The notes beneath the pieces were generated by a model. It worked only from the letters and a program-made list of their open reading frames with translations. It searched no databases and was not told where the DNA came from. DNA of 52,196 bases from Thraustochytrium aureum. Taxonomy: Eukaryota. Both the position numbers and the translations under genes were made by a program. Of the stretch, positions 31,558 to 44,361 are shown in pieces. The DNA lies in NCBI GenBank assembly GCA_012862495.1, contig BLSG01000403.1, forward strand, positions 40,526 through 92,721. The letters are read 5' to 3'. The number at the start of each line of letters is the position of its first letter. Positions within the stretch are counted from its first letter, which is position 1.

Positions 31558-33501
31558 ATGGCGCGATCGGCGGACGCGAGGTTCGTCACGCTCGCGTTTT
31601 GCGTTTTGCTGGACAGCCTGGGCGGCTTGCAGTATATCTATGGGACGTTTTCGGTGCCCATCAAAGAGCACTTCAAGCTGCGGCAGGATGCCATCGACGC
31701 TGGCGGGTTTGCGCAGAGCGTTGGGGCGAATTTCGGCATCCACGCGGGGGTTCTGCTCGACGCGTTCGGGCCGCGGCCGATGATCCTTGCCGGGGCCCTT
31801 CTCGGGTTCACCTCGTACTTTGCCCTGTTTGCCTCGATCAAGTTTGACTGGAACCTGCACGACCACGAGGTCGGCTTGTACCTGATCATGTTCTTGCAGG
31901 GGCAAGCGCAGCTCATGGCCGACATGGCGGTCGTCCCGACAGTTAGTCGACGCTTTCGCGAGAATCCCGGCCTCGCGCTCGGGTTCTGCAAGAGCTTTCT
32001 CGGGCTCAGCGGCTCGATCGTCGAGCAGGTCTACCTCGCGTTCTTCAAGCCAGACAGCCTCGCCTTCATGGTCTTTCTCAGCTTGTACTTTCCCGCCATC
32101 TGCATCGCTGCGAGCGTGTTCGTGGTCGCCGACGACGGCGTGCTCCGCACCAAGTGGGAGCGGGACGAGCGCTGCGCGGCGACCGAGCGCGTCGTGGGTG
32201 GCGCCCTCAAGCTGATGCCGGGGTTGCTCGCTCTCCTTCTTTTCGCTCTCTTCGCCAAGTACATGTTTGACGAGAGCAGAGCGATGCGGGTCACCCTTGC
32301 AATCATTATTTTGTGCTACAGCGGCTCGGTGTGCGCGTTCATTGCAAACCAAAAGGACGCGGCACCAATTGAACTGGACGCGCCAGCTTCTGCGCCCTCG
32401 GAGATCGGCGCAAACGCAACCCTCGGAGCAAGTCAGGATGGGGAAGGCGACGAAGGCAGCGCCATGCAAGTGCCCCTACNNNNNNNNNNNNNNNNNNNNN
32501 NNNNNNNNNNNNNNNNNNNNNNNNNNNNNNNNNNNNNNNNNNNNNNNNNNNNNNNNNNNNNNNNNNNNNNNNNNNNNNNNNNNNNNNNNNNNNNNNNNNN
32601 NNNNNNNNNNNNNNNNNNNNNNNNNNNNNNNNNNNNNNNNNNNNNNNNNAGAGACTGGACCCAGCGAGACTGCGACTGCCGAGGAATTGCACGCGGCCGG
32701 GAGCACCGGCGAGGTGGATGAAGACGTGCACTTCACGCTGCTCGAGGCGGCCAAGGGCGTCGAGTTCTGGCTGCAGGCGGCGTCGGTCTTCGTGAGCTGG
32801 GGCGCCGGGCTCTTCCTTGTGATCAACATCGGCCAACTTTGCGAGATTGTCGGCCTCAGCAAGGACGACAAGGACATTTTTGTGAGCCTGATTTCCATCT
32901 CCAACTGCCTCGGCCGCTTGGCGTTTGGGGCGATTAGCGACAAGCTCATGCAGAGGGGCATCAAGCGCGTGTTTGTCTTTGGGGGCGTCACCGTGGACTT
33001 GGCTTTGCCATGCTGCTCCTTAGCTTGGCCACAGAGGCCTCGCTGTTTGCTTCGACCATCCTCGTCGGTTGGCTGTATGGGGGCTGCAACGTTCTCAACC
33101 CGGGTAAGTTGGCGTCCTGCAGGCAGGCAGGCAGGCATGGCAGGCAGGCAGGCTCGGTGGAGAATGTATATCTTCGCTACCTGCGTCCGCTCAGCTGGCT
33201 GACACCTTTATGTGACGCAGCGATCCTCGGCGATCTGTACGGCGTGCGCCACATCGGCTCGCTGTATGCGAGCATGATGTTTGTCATAATCGGAGGCACC
33301 TATTCGATCGCCACGCACCTCTTTGCGTCGGTCTACGAGGCCCACTCTATGGTCGACGCCCACGGCGACGAGAGTTGTCACGGAGCTCCTTGCATCGAAC
33401 TCTCTGCTCGGCTCTGTGCCGGTCTTTGCTTTGCTTTTGGCTCTATTTACCTCGTCGGCCACTGGCTACGCGGGCGGAGCCGTGCCGTCATTGCACCTTA
33501 G
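31558..33501 (+). CDS. Nodulin-like/MCH1-type MFS transporter; gap, frameshift near 32995, intron 33104-33220
   Basis: YIYGTFS..K, GIHAGVLLDAFGPR, GLALGFCKSFLGLSGSI, FTLLEA..EFW, SISNCLGRLAFGAISD, ILGDLYGVRHIG, CHGAPC. Confidence 0.88.
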
Positions 33502-33696
33502 AATTGCGGCGTTTGGTTGCGAACTGACAGTGTTCGTGCTCGCTCTGGCGTCCTGCAGAAGCGTCGCGTCGGAATTCGTACCACCTACATCCCTCCGCGA
33601 GTGCCGCCTTCCCAAATACAACTGTCCCCTGTTTTTTTAAAGGTATGTGGTTTGTGGTGTCTGAGCAAGCAGTCGAGTTGCCAGGTGCAGCGAAGG

Positions 33697-36600
33697 TCAG
33701 TTGTGGACGAGCAGGGTGAGATCCTGCACGGTGTCTTTCAAGCAGCTGAGGCTCGAAACCACCTCGGCACAACTCCCCGTGTGACACATCTTGGCAGTCT
33801 CGATGTGCTCCAAAACGTGCGCCGAAAGCAGCCTCGCCACTGCGTCCTTCGCCCACTCTTGAACCAAGTGACGTGGAGGCGTCGGAGCCCTCTTGGCCCG
33901 CTCCAGCTCTTCGAAAACGCCTGCAAATGCAGAGTCCAGGCCAAAGCCGCCCATCTCCCGCTCAACGCTCAAATCCTGGACAGGGCGAGTCGGGCCGAGG
34001 CCCCTCCGCACCCTCCGCGCATCTCCAAGGCGAAGCTCGGCAGCGAGCCTTTCTGTGATGATGTGCAACACCTCGCACGCGAAGACCAGCGCAGCGACGT
34101 CACGGCGGCAGTGATGGAGCACAAGCCCGGCCGCCTCGCACAAAGGCGCCGCGACCTGCGGGAAAAGACGCTCATCGACTTGAAGCCACGTCACAAAGGC
34201 TCGCATCGCCTCGCGCGCCGCCACGGGGTCGTCAGCGGCCTTCGCCGCAACCCTGACCGCAATGGAGGGCATTCGCAACTCTAGGAGAGAGTTGAGTGTC
34301 GTACGCCACGCCTCGCGGAGTTCCAAGGGAGGCAACCGCGCCTCTTCAAGGGCTTCCTCGCGCTTCCGCTCTTCTTCTCGTAGCTGAGCGTCGATCGCCG
34401 CCTGCCGGCGCAGGAAGGCCGAGAGAGACTCGCCCTTTTGCCGGACCGCCGGCTCCACTTGTGGCTTTCGCTCCGTGGGCTGCCCCGCCAATGCTGCGGC
34501 AAGACTCCCGTCCACGATGTTCTCATTCGCGTCCTCGCCAACGCCACTGCCGCCGCCGCCGCCGCCGCCGCCGCCTTCTTCATCGTCGTCACCGTCGTCC
34601 TCTTCTGCCGTGAGCGCGCCAAAGAGAGGGAGCGTGGGCTCGACCGGATTGGACGGCGTGCAGGCCAGGACTGCGACGCGTAGAAACACCATCGCCCATG
34701 TCATCGTTTGAAAATTCGCTTCGTCAGCGCCAACCGTGGCCAAAGCCGTGTCGGCAACTCGTGCCCAGACGCTGTCTTGCTCAAACGCCCGCCAAATATG
34801 CTCGGTACAACGTTTTCTGCGTCGAAGCAGCTCTGCAAGAAATAGGAATGACCGCCAAGTCACTTGCGACTCTGCCGTGGCTTGAAACGCTTCCATGGCG
34901 CTGCAGATCTTCGCAAGCACGTTCATCTGCAGCAAGTCTGCGATTCGCGTCGGGCAATTCTGTGCAGTGTGCGCGAGTGCAACGAGACACTGGCATTGGA
35001 TCGCTTCGTCCAACGGGAATCGACCCATGGCCTGCAGGACGGTAGAAAGACCTCTGGCCTCTTGATTGAAAAGGCAGGCCGGCTCGTGCTCGGCAAGTCG
35101 ACCAAGCGCCGTGCATGCCATCAAATACACTCTTTGGTTTCCCGGAACACGGGTGACAACGTCACACAGGTAGACCACGCCGGCGTTGTCGGCGATTTGG
35201 GCCACCTGGGCTGCGTTACCCGCGTGACCTGCCATCATGCTAGCCATAGCGCTGCATGCAGCAAGGTGCGCCTCATGAAAGGTTCTCTTGACCGGACATT
35301 TCAGCATGGACCCTGCGAAAACTGCCGCTGCGCCGAGTTGCCCGAGAAGCGCGCGCCCAGGCTCGGTCCTCGACACGCACCACAGAATCGTACACGCCGC
35401 GCAAAGCGCGACTGGGTCGCATACCAAACGCGGGACCGCCCACAAGCAAATATGCGTAGCTCGCTGGCGCATCAGCATGCCGAGGACAGCTGCGCTATCG
35501 CTCTTTGCAACAGCTGCTAACACCTGCAGGGCGGCCGTCACGCAAGGTGGAACGCAAGCTGGCGCCGAACTGCCCTCGCCACCGGCGGTGCTGTGCGCTA
35601 CTACAATCGAGAGAAGTAGGCCCACGCCGCCGTCACGAACAAAAGCCAGCCTCGCGGCATCGCATGATCCGAGGTAGTCGTCCGCGGTGACAACAGCTAG
35701 CAAGCCGTTGCACGTGTCCGCGGCCGTCTCGGCGTTGAACGCATGGAGAGACAACAGCGCAACAAGGCCACTCGCGTTGCGCGAAGAGACAAGCGAGCGA
35801 ATTGAAGCCTTAGCCAACTCGGCGCTTGCCTCGACGAGAATACAGTCTCCGCGCCGCACGTCTGACGTCGAGTCAACGACTTTCATACCCCTCGTCGCGT
35901 TGAGCAATCGCGAGAATCTGATGATCTCAAGCTGGTCGCATATCTGACGCAATAGGTTCTGCCAGTCTCGAGCTTCCGCCTCGCCTGACGTGCTCTCACG
36001 AGCTGCTGCGTTGCTGACTTGGCCGACTTGGGCGTCGTCTGTCGCTTGCGAACTGCTCCTTGCACAGCCCATTTGGATTGCGTGCTTGTCTGGCGTTCCT
36101 CGCAAGCACACCCACGCTGCGCGAACGCTTGATTGCGCTTCCGCCGGTGGGCTGCGGACGATTTCTGGCAGTCGAGTCGGCGAGAATCCGAGCTGCTGCT
36201 CGCCAAGCGAGCACAAGTGGCGCGCAAGTTGTTCAGGAGTCTCGCAGCAGACTGCGGCCAGCTCTTTCATCGTGATGAGCTGCGTCGCGTCGTTTGCCGC
36301 CGCTTCTGCTGCGAAGAACTGGTCGAACCGATCTGCTTCCGGTAGCTCGCTTTCAGTTGGCTGCACCGTCGGTTTGATCGGAGCAGCTGAGGTACTAAAG
36401 TGACTGAAACTAAAGCTCGGGCTGCCGGGCATGGTTTCGTACCGGTGCACGGCGGCTTGCAAGCTGCGGCTAAGCTTGGCAGCATGCCGGTCGGCGAGGC
36501 GAGGCGAGTGAGCGAGCGGCTCCAAGCGTATCGCTCGCCCCGGTCGGTCCTCCACCTGGTCGACACCGAGGGCTCCCATGCGGTAGAACACCTGCCGGCA

Positions 36601-37294
36601 CCGCTTTTGCTGCCACAGATGTGCGTCGCGAATCAACTTGCCGCGCTGCAATACTTGCCCATGCAAGCGGTCAAGGAGGCTTTGCACGGTACTATGCCAG
36701 CACTGCTCTTTGTGGTCTCGGACGCGCATTGAACGCTGGCGTTCGTGGCTGGAGAACTGTGCGGCTACAAGACGTTGCACTGCCGCGAGTTGCTCGGCCG
36801 CCTCCCGCCCCAATTCGCCCATGGAGAGCAGCATGTCCCGCAGCGCAACCTGGCAGACTTGGAGAAGCACCCTTGCCGACCCAAGCTGCCGGCGATAGTA
36901 TGCTGCGCGCACACATCGCGCGACGACAGGGGCGGCAGTGAATACGTCAACTTTGTCAAGCGCTGTGTGGGCGGCCTCCTTAGCAGAGACAGCCCAGTCT
37001 CGCACTGCGTTCGCCAGCGAGCCCGCCCCACTTTCCACGGCATTCACCAGCTCTGCGCGACACAGCGCAATGCTTCGGACTAGCTCTGTTGAGGCGCGCT
37101 CCACCTCGGCCAAGCAAAACCCCGTCAAACACATGGCACGCACAGCACAGCCTCGCAAGCTCGAGGAGGGCCTCGCCGATTTTCCGCTCAGCCTCCTCGG
37201 CCGCCGGTCGGTCCAGCCCGTCTTTGGCAAGCTCGCCTTGCCGCTCGCTTCGCTCGTCGGCGGCCGGTGTTCCACGAGCGGCCTCGACGTCCAT
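33697..37294 (-). CDS. Large armadillo-repeat protein; start uncertain, probable frameshift near 37110
   Basis: More than 1100 open codons with ARM-like units (FVRDGGVGLLL, LGQLGAAAV, GLSTVLQAMGRFPLDEAIQCQCLVALAH). The likely N-terminus MDVEAARG (ATG 37294) is in an adjacent frame. Confidence 0.7.
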
Positions 37295-37769
37295 GTCGAG
37301 CTCGTTCGAGGACCGCTGGCGCCCGTACGTCGCGCCTGCCCCATGAACCAACGCGCCGACGCACAATCAGCGCGGCGGCTCGTGGCCACTATACCCTGCG
37401 GCTCGCGCGGCCTGGTTCGCTCGCGCGGCCTGCGCATTCGCTCCCGCGACCGGTGCGCTCCAACGCACGCCACGTTCGTCCACAGCGCCCCAACGGCTCT
37501 ATCCTCATTCATTCGCACAGTGTGTACTCGCTCGCACATTGCCGCGGTTTTGCAGACCTGTCGCGGGTCCAGGCGCCCGTGGAGTCCGCCTCGGGCTCGC
37601 TGCTGGCAGAGAGCTGCCGCTAAGGAGGCCGCGGAGCTGTGCGTTTCGGAGGCAGCCAGGGGTCCTCGCGAGCCGGTCGATTTCGCCAGCGGTGGCGCTG
37701 CGCGTTGGCCCAACTCGCTCGCCGAGGTTGTATTGCTCGTGTCGCTGCGCTCTGTGGGCGCTCTGTGGC

Positions 37770-38168
37770 ATGGGGTGCTCGGCGAGCAAGCCGGCGGCGG
37801 CGGGCCACAGCGACGAGCTCGAGGCGAAGCAGCGGGACTGGGATGCTCTGAAGCGCAAGGCGGAGCAGGAGTTGGCGAGGCAGCGCGAGGAGATTGAGAG
37901 CCGCCAGGCACAGGTCAAGGCGGAATCAGAGGAGCTGCAGCAGGAAAGAAGCAGGCTCGCGGCGCTGAGAGAGGCGGTCGAGGCGCAAGATGCCGAACTG
38001 AAGCGCGAAAAGGCGCTGAGCGATCTCAAGGCTCAGGTCGTCGAGCGAATGTTGCGCAAGTCTTTGGACAGGCACGAGAAGCGCAACCCGAGGCCATGGC
38101 GGAGGAGCTGGGCCGATTCGCACGTGGCGCACGCGAGGCATGCCCTGGCGCAGGTCACTATTGTTTGA
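37770..38168 (+). CDS. Small coiled-coil protein with N-terminal dual-acylation motif
   Basis: MGCSASK (Gly2 myristoylation, Cys3 palmitoylation pattern) followed by about 75 aa of E/K/R/Q-rich heptads. The 3' end is less certain. Confidence 0.7.
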   Translation: MGCSASKPAAAGHSDELEAKQRDWDALKRKAEQELARQREEIESRQAQVKAESEELQQERSRLAALREAVEAQDAELKREKALSDLKAQVVERMLRKSLDRHEKRNPRPWRRSWADSHVAHARHALAQVTIV

Positions 38169-38837
38169 CTCTCGTGGCCTCAGAGGCTCTTCTTGCCAAG
38201 TGCGTTTGAGCCGGAATTCTACGACTTTTCCGCAGGCCTATTATTTCTGTTGGAGTGCAAGCGTCTCGCTCTCCGGCAAGACTTGTCTGCCCTTCGTGAT
38301 CGAGGCCACTGGTGGCGCATGCTTTGTCTGCTTCTCTCCAGCTGCTCCAGCAAGAGGTTGCTTGGTGCAACTATTTCGATTCGTGTCAAACGCCGGAAGG
38401 CCATCATTTGTCAGGCTCGTCGCCATCTCCAGACTTTTGGTTGCCAGTCCGGTTCCTACGGGACTGGTCTGGGGCTCTTCAGCGCGCGGCATTCGTCACG
38501 CGCAGAGATGTCCCGTGGCAGGCTGTGCCTCCAGTAGAATGAGGCAGCCTATTCTTCCGCCAAAGAGTGTTCTCCGAAGTAAACCCGTTCACTTTTTTTT
38601 TGGAAACATCATGAAACATGAAACACCATGGATCGTCAATCTATCTGTCCAAACCGTAGTTCTGTCGCCTTGGGCTTCTTTGCGGACGCATTGCCCACCA
38701 GAGGGCGCGCGCATTGGCCAGCGCGCCAAGCGGAAATGCCCTTGAAGGAAGCACGACGCCACAACCATCAAGGCCTCCCCTAATGCAGAAGGCAAGGGTC
38801 AAGCGCAACGCCAGGCAATGCTCCCCCTCAACGAAGC

Positions 38838-38876
38838 TACACTTGGGCACGCAACACTTGGGCACGCAACACTTGA
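38838..38876. repeat. 15-bp tandem repeat (ACACTTGGGCACGCA) about x2.5
   Basis: Visible directly. Confidence 0.75.
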
Positions 38877-38937
38877 AAGAAGCACTGTCAGCCACTCAGG
38901 GCATGCAGCCTCAGCGAACGCGCGTCCGGGACTGCCA

Positions 38938-39909
38938 CTAGAGGCGCGCGTCCCGGAGAACCGCGACGAGGGAAACGTGGTCACTAGGCCACTCCTCGCA
39001 GGGCAGGCGAGCGGAGGGCACGGCCGTGGGCGGAAGCAGCACGTCGACCGTCTCGAGGTCACCCGAGTGGAATATGTAGTCAATCGTGCGGCGCACTTCT
39101 CCGGCTTGGCGGACCTTCCATGTAGTGTAAAAATTGGCCCCGCGCTCAACTGGTGCGTAGGCGCTGAACAAGCCCGACTGCTCTTCAAGGAGCTTGCGGG
39201 TGTCGCTGGTCGGGTCGGCGTTGAAGTCTCCGGCTACAACCAATCGGGCGTTCGGGAAGGCGTCCCGGAGCTGGTGGATGCGTGCAAGGAGGATCTCAGT
39301 CTGCGCCACGCGCACGTCGCGTTGGTCGCTCTTCGCCTTGAGGTGGGTGCAGATCACAATCAGGTCTGGCTTCTGGTCTGCGGGGCCAGTTCCGTTTTCC
39401 AGTGCGACGCGCTCGCAGAGAAGCAGGACCTGGTAAACCTGCGTAAAGTCTTGGCCGTACGGGACGCGCTCGTATTGAATCAAGCGGAAGCGGGAGGCGC
39501 GGTAGAAGACGGCACAGCCATCTTTTGGCATGCCAAACTTTTCGCAAGGCGAGATGGTTTTTTCTGCAAACTTGCCTTCGAACCCGTGCGCGAGCATGAC
39601 CGGTTCCACGACGTCCGGGAACCGGTTGAGCTCTTGAAGGCAGATCACGTCGGGGTCGTGGCGCAAGAGCACCTTGACGAGCAGCTGTCCCCGGTGCCTC
39701 CACGAGAGCACCTCGCTGGGCACCTTGACAAAGCTCTCAAGCCCGAGCCCATCCGCGAGCACGTTCATCGTCAGCACCTTGAGCACCTGCTGCGGCGTCG
39801 CGTCCCCGGGCCACGCGGCCTTGGCCCCGCCGCTGCGCAGCCACCGCCTCGACTCGAGCAGCGAGTCGCACTCCGCGGCCTCTTGCGCCGCAGCGCCGAC
39901 GGTCTCCAT
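38938..39909 (-). CDS. Nocturnin-like EEP phosphatase (CCR4 family)
   Basis: NVLADGL, DVICLQE, DGCAVFY, THLKAK, GDFNA, TTWKVR..RTIDYIF, PSDH. THLKA and TTWKxR are nocturnin-type motifs. Confidence 0.9.
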   Translation of the reverse strand: METVGAAAQEAAECDSLLESRRWLRSGGAKAAWPGDATPQQVLKVLTMNVLADGLGLESFVKVPSEVLSWRHRGQLLVKVLLRHDPDVICLQELNRFPDVVEPVMLAHGFEGKFAEKTISPCEKFGMPKDGCAVFYRASRFRLIQYERVPYGQDFTQVYQVLLLCERVALENGTGPADQKPDLIVICTHLKAKSDQRDVRVAQTEILLARIHQLRDAFPNARLVVAGDFNADPTSDTRKLLEEQSGLFSAYAPVERGANFYTTWKVRQAGEVRRTIDYIFHSGDLETVDVLLPPTAVPSARLPCEEWPSDHVSLVAVLRDARL

Positions 39910-40702
39910 CCCTCAGCGCTTCCAAAACCTCAACGCGCAGCGCTCCGTGGCTGCCTGATTCTCCGCGGCCACCTGCCTGACTGGCTGGCTGCCTGACTGC
40001 CGGGGCAGATCACGTGCATCACATGCAGGGCGAGCCGAGCGGCCGTTTCGCGGCGCACCACGATGCAGCACTCATCACCAAGCACCCTTCGTTCGCTGTG
40101 TCGCCCCCGGCGCAGCAGAGCGCGGGCGGCGATCGACCATCTTGCAACGCTGCGGTGATGACAAGCTGAACAGCGCACAAGACCCGTCGTGGAAGGACAT
40201 CAGGATGTGCCAAGTGCCAAGTGGGCGGCCACGCAGGACACACTCCACACTCGGCCGACCAAGCCGACAGAGCAGATCCTAAATGTTGCAGCACTCCAGT
40301 GCATGCTCGCACAATGCGTTCGGGGCTCGGCAAATTGAGAATACGGCGTGGCGTCGCAGGACCACCCGCACGGCCAGGCAGACGCAGCGAGGCAGGAGGT
40401 CGCCGCTTGCTGTGGGGCTCGCCCAGCAGGTGCTTGCAACGTGATGGCGCCTGCTGCCAAGGCGGAGCAGCGTCCCTGCGCCGTTACTGCGTTCGAAGGT
40501 GCTCGAGGGCGTGGCGACAAGCGTCCCAGGTGCGAGAGCTGGCTCAACGGCCAGGCGGGCCGCGGCGAGTCGAGCGATGCGGACGCCGGCGCGCAGCAGC
40601 GGCTGCTCCCTGGCAAGCTGGTCGAGATNNNNNNNNNNNNNNNNNNNNNNNNNNNNNNNNNNNNNNNNNNNNNNNNNNNNNNNNNNNNNNNNNNNNNNNN
40701 NN

Positions 40703-41463
40703 GGGCCGATGGCAAGGTAGAAGAGGCGTGGGCGTTTCTGCGCGAGCAGTGGTGGTTTCAGCACGACTCGTTCGAGCCAGTGTGGGCCACGCTCTCCTTT
40801 GCCGCTGCTATCTGGCTCTTTGCGTTTGTTGACCGCTTGTTGCCGCTCAAGGCCTACTTGGTCAACCCAGAGCACCGCAAAGTCGAGCGCGACACCGGCG
40901 TGCCCGTGAGGGCTGGCGCGGTGTACCTAGGCGTCATCATGGCTTTCGACACGATCTGCCCGCGCCGCGTGCTCCCCGAGGAAGGGCCGGCGGGCCTTGT
41001 GCGGGTCGTGGCTGCCGTTGTGACGGGACTTTTTGTCTACGATCTGGCATTCTTTCCGATCCACCTCGCAATGCACCGCGTCCGGGGCTTGGCCAAGTTT
41101 CACGTCCAGCACCACTCTGCGAGGGCGCTGTTCTCGACCGAGGTTCTGCGGCACTCGCTTCTGGACGGGGCCCTGCAGGTTGGGACCAACATCTTGGTGC
41201 TCAACGTGCTCAAGCTGCACCCGTTCGAGCGGATGGTGTACAACTCCGTGATCACCTACTTGCTGACGGAGACGCACTCGGGGTACGACCTGCCTTGGAT
41301 GCTGCACAACTTGGTCCCGTTCGGCGTCCTGGGCGGGCCTCCGCGCCACGAAGTGCACCACAAGGTAGGCACGCGCAACTTTCAGCAGTTCTTCACGTAC
41401 CTGGACGACTGGCTGCAGCCGCGCAGCGCGGCCCACTCTGTAGCTAGAGCGGCCCAGCTCTGA
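40703..41463 (+). CDS. Fatty acid hydroxylase/sterol desaturase family (CH25H-like); start in or before the gap
   Basis: His boxes HLAMH, HVQHH, THSGYDLPW and HEVHH, plus NFQQFFTYLD. Confidence 0.88.
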
Positions 41464-42028
41464 ACCAAACAAAATGGAAAACCTTCAGAGTCGCGCCAAG
41501 CGCCACGAGTTCGTCCACACAGGAATCGCGCAGGCGCCAAGCGCGCTCGATGCCGCCCCGCGCGCCCAGGCGCGCCTCGGCATCTGCTCTACATTCGTAG
41601 TCGACGTAGTCCCGACGAGAGGATAAAGAGCGAGCGAGGCCTCCGGACAGGTGCAGTTGACGTCCACGAGCGCCTTGACCGCGCGGCGCAACCCCGAAGC
41701 AGCCCGCGGCCGAATCAAGCGCACCCAGGTCTCGCGCAGCCGCCAAGAGCGCTCGATGCCCTGCCGCGCCCAGGCAGGCGCACGTTAGTCAGGATCGGCC
41801 AACTCGATGTCGTTGACGCACGGATGATGATGATGATCGTGATGAACGTATTCACTTGCAAAGTGCGAGCGAGTCGCCGAGTTGGCGGTCTGCAGGCCCG
41901 TATCGTGCAGCCGCACAGCAGCGAGCCTTGCTGGGCAGAGCGAGCCTTGAGCCCAGTCAACTCGGGCTTGCGCCTGCTGCGAGGGCAGCGGCAGTAGCTT
42001 GCCAGAGCGCCGCAGCGGGGCGCCGGCC

Positions 42029-43228
42029 ATGGCGAACGGCGAAGCCAACGAGCAGGTCCTGCTCGCGCTGGCCGAGCTCGCGAAGCAGCGGTTCATTTTC
42101 GTCGGGTAAGTGGCCGGCCGCGTGCGGGCCTCGGAAGCCCGAGCGCGGCGGCGGCGGCGGCGGCGGCGGCGCGGGAGGCAGGGAGGGAGCGAGAGCTGAC
42201 CGAGAGTTTGCGCAGCGGGAAGGGCGGCGTTGGCAAGTCGTCGACGAGCTGCGCTCTCGCGCTAGCACTGGCAAGGTACCACGGCAAGCGCGTGCTCCTG
42301 ATAAGCACCGACCCGGCGCACTCCGTGTCGGACTGCCTGCAGGAAGAGCTCTCCAACGACGCCAAGCCCGTGCCGGGCGCCGAAAACGTCTGGGCCCTCG
42401 AGTCGGATCCGAGTGGAAGCGTCGAAGAGCTCTTCGGCAGCGCCGGGGATGCTACCCAAGGGGCACGCAACGGCGACCTCATGGGCCAGATGAAGGAGAT
42501 GCTCGCCGATATGCGCGACTGGCTCGGCAACCTCCCCGGGGTGGACGAGGCGATTGCGCTGATGAAGATCCTCGACGCTGACGACGGCGGGCTCGAGTCC
42601 AAATACGACTGCGTCGTGCTCGACACGGCGCCAACAGGCCACACTCTCAAGCTGCTCAAGCTCCCCGGGGTGCTGGAGGTGGGGATCAAGCGCCTGGAAG
42701 GGTGGCAGGTCAAGATGGCGCAGTACGTCAACATGGCTACGATGTTTTTTACGAGGCCTGGATCTGCGGCTGAGCAGGGGCCGACCCCGGCTGAGCAGAT
42801 GGCCGAAAAGCTCCGCACGCTAAAGTCCTCTGTAGAGCGTTTGCGAGTGATGCTGACGGACTCGTCCAAGACGACGTTCGTGTGTGTCTGCATCGCCGAG
42901 GCGCTCAGCGTCCTTGAGACGCGCCGCTTGCTCGAGTCCCTGCAGTCAACCAAAGTGGACTCGCGCTTTCTAGTCGTCAACAAGCTCCTGACGGGGACCT
43001 TTCTCCCGCCGCCGGGCGAGCTGGAGGCCCCTGAGGCCGCCCCGCCCGCCAAGGCGCGCAAGCTCGACGACGCGAGTGGCCACCGCGTAGCCTCCGAGGA
43101 GGACCTCAAGGCACAGGCGCTCTATTTGTGCCGGACGCGCGCGACCCTGCAGGCCAAGTACCTCGCCGAGTTGCGCGCCGCGCACCAAGCAACGCACAGC
43201 ATCATAGAGGTGCAAGAGCTGCCGTACG
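42029..43228 (+). CDS. Get3/ArsA-family ATPase, join(42029..42105,42216..>43228); 3' end in gap
   Basis: The intron restores FVGGKGGVGKS. Also STDPAHSVSD, PGVDE, DTAPTGHTLKLL, FVCVCIAEALS..ETRRL, VVNK. Confidence 0.92.
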
Positions 43229-43516
43229 NNNNNNNNNNNNNNNNNNNNNNNNNNNNNNNNNNNNNNNNNNNNNNNNNNNNNNNNNNNNNNNNNNNNNNNN
43301 NNNNNNNNNNNNNNNNNNNNNNNNNNNNNNNNNNNNNNNNNNNNNNNNNNNNNNNNNNNNNNNNNNNNNNNNNNNNNNNNNNNNNNNNNNNNNNNNNNNN
43401 NNNNNNNNNNNNNNNNNNNNNNNNNNNNNNNNNNNNNNNNNNNNNNNNNNNNNNNNNNNNNNNNNNNGGGAGTAGCGTAGCGAATGGATCAGCAACGAGC
43501 GCGCTGCCAAGCGTGC

Positions 43517-44361
43517 GTCATCCCTTGAAGACGCCTTTGAAAGGCGCCAGCAAGCTCTCCGCGACCAACCCGGGCTCGGCTGCTCTGTCGTCGGCGTCTT
43601 CTGCGAGAGAATCTCTTTTTTGCAGCGGCGCGTCAACGTGCAGCTGTGGCGCGGCTGGCGATCGCAGGCCGCGCGACTGGCAATGCGCCGCTCTTCGAGC
43701 AGTCGCAGCTCGCGGCGTTTTTCAGCAAGCTCTTTCTCTTGTGCGCGAACTTGCGCTTCCACGTTGGCCACGGCGTTTTCTTGTCCGTCCGGGACCTGCT
43801 CTCTCAGACCTTGCTCGGCTGCCAGCTGCGAAGCATGTTCGACGTCGCGCTCGGCTTGAGCCTCTGCAACCTCAAGTCGTTCCACCAAGCCCATCAACTG
43901 ATCGAGCTCGGCCTGCAGCTGAGTCTGCCGCTGTTTTTGTTTTTCTGCAGCTTCCAGTTGGGCCCAATCAGCCTCGCTTTCGGCTGCAGCACGCTCCGCC
44001 TCCTCCGTTTCCCGCGCCAGCAAGCCGATGTTGCGACGGTACGTTTCAATGAGCTGCTCAAGCTCAGCGTCCTCAAGAAGCAACGGGGTCCCCCTAATAA
44101 CAGGCGACTGAACGAGGGCCGACGCGCGGCGCCGGAACTTTGCGCAGGCGACGTCGTCCAGGGCCGCGTTGAAGGAGCCGTCGCTGTCCTCCGCCGCGTC
44201 GTCAAGCTCGTCTGCACTGTCGAGACATGGCCACTCTTGCACACCAGACGAGCTTGGTGGCGACTGGGCTTCGAGTTGCCGGCTCGGAGCCAAACTTGCG
44301 CTGGAGCCAACAGCCGCCTGGGAGCTCAGGCCAACCCCGCCGTTTGTGGGAACTAGCCCTG
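43517..44361 (-). CDS. Coiled-coil protein, C-terminal part; start in gap; probable frameshift near 43650
   Basis: Long E/Q/A/R heptad stretch (ELEQLIETYRRNIGLLARETEEAE...). An alternative frame gives a plausible end, ...PFKGVFKG*. Confidence 0.6.

Noticed and set aside
37295..37911. N-terminal about 200 aa of the 1404-aa ORF
   Set aside because: Low-complexity and Arg/Pro-rich, and it overlaps the better-supported plus-strand MGCSASK gene.
41444..41960. Possible small minus-strand gene (RRDYVDYECRADAEARLG..., HHDHHHH)
   Set aside because: No consistent start or splice model and no recognisable family.
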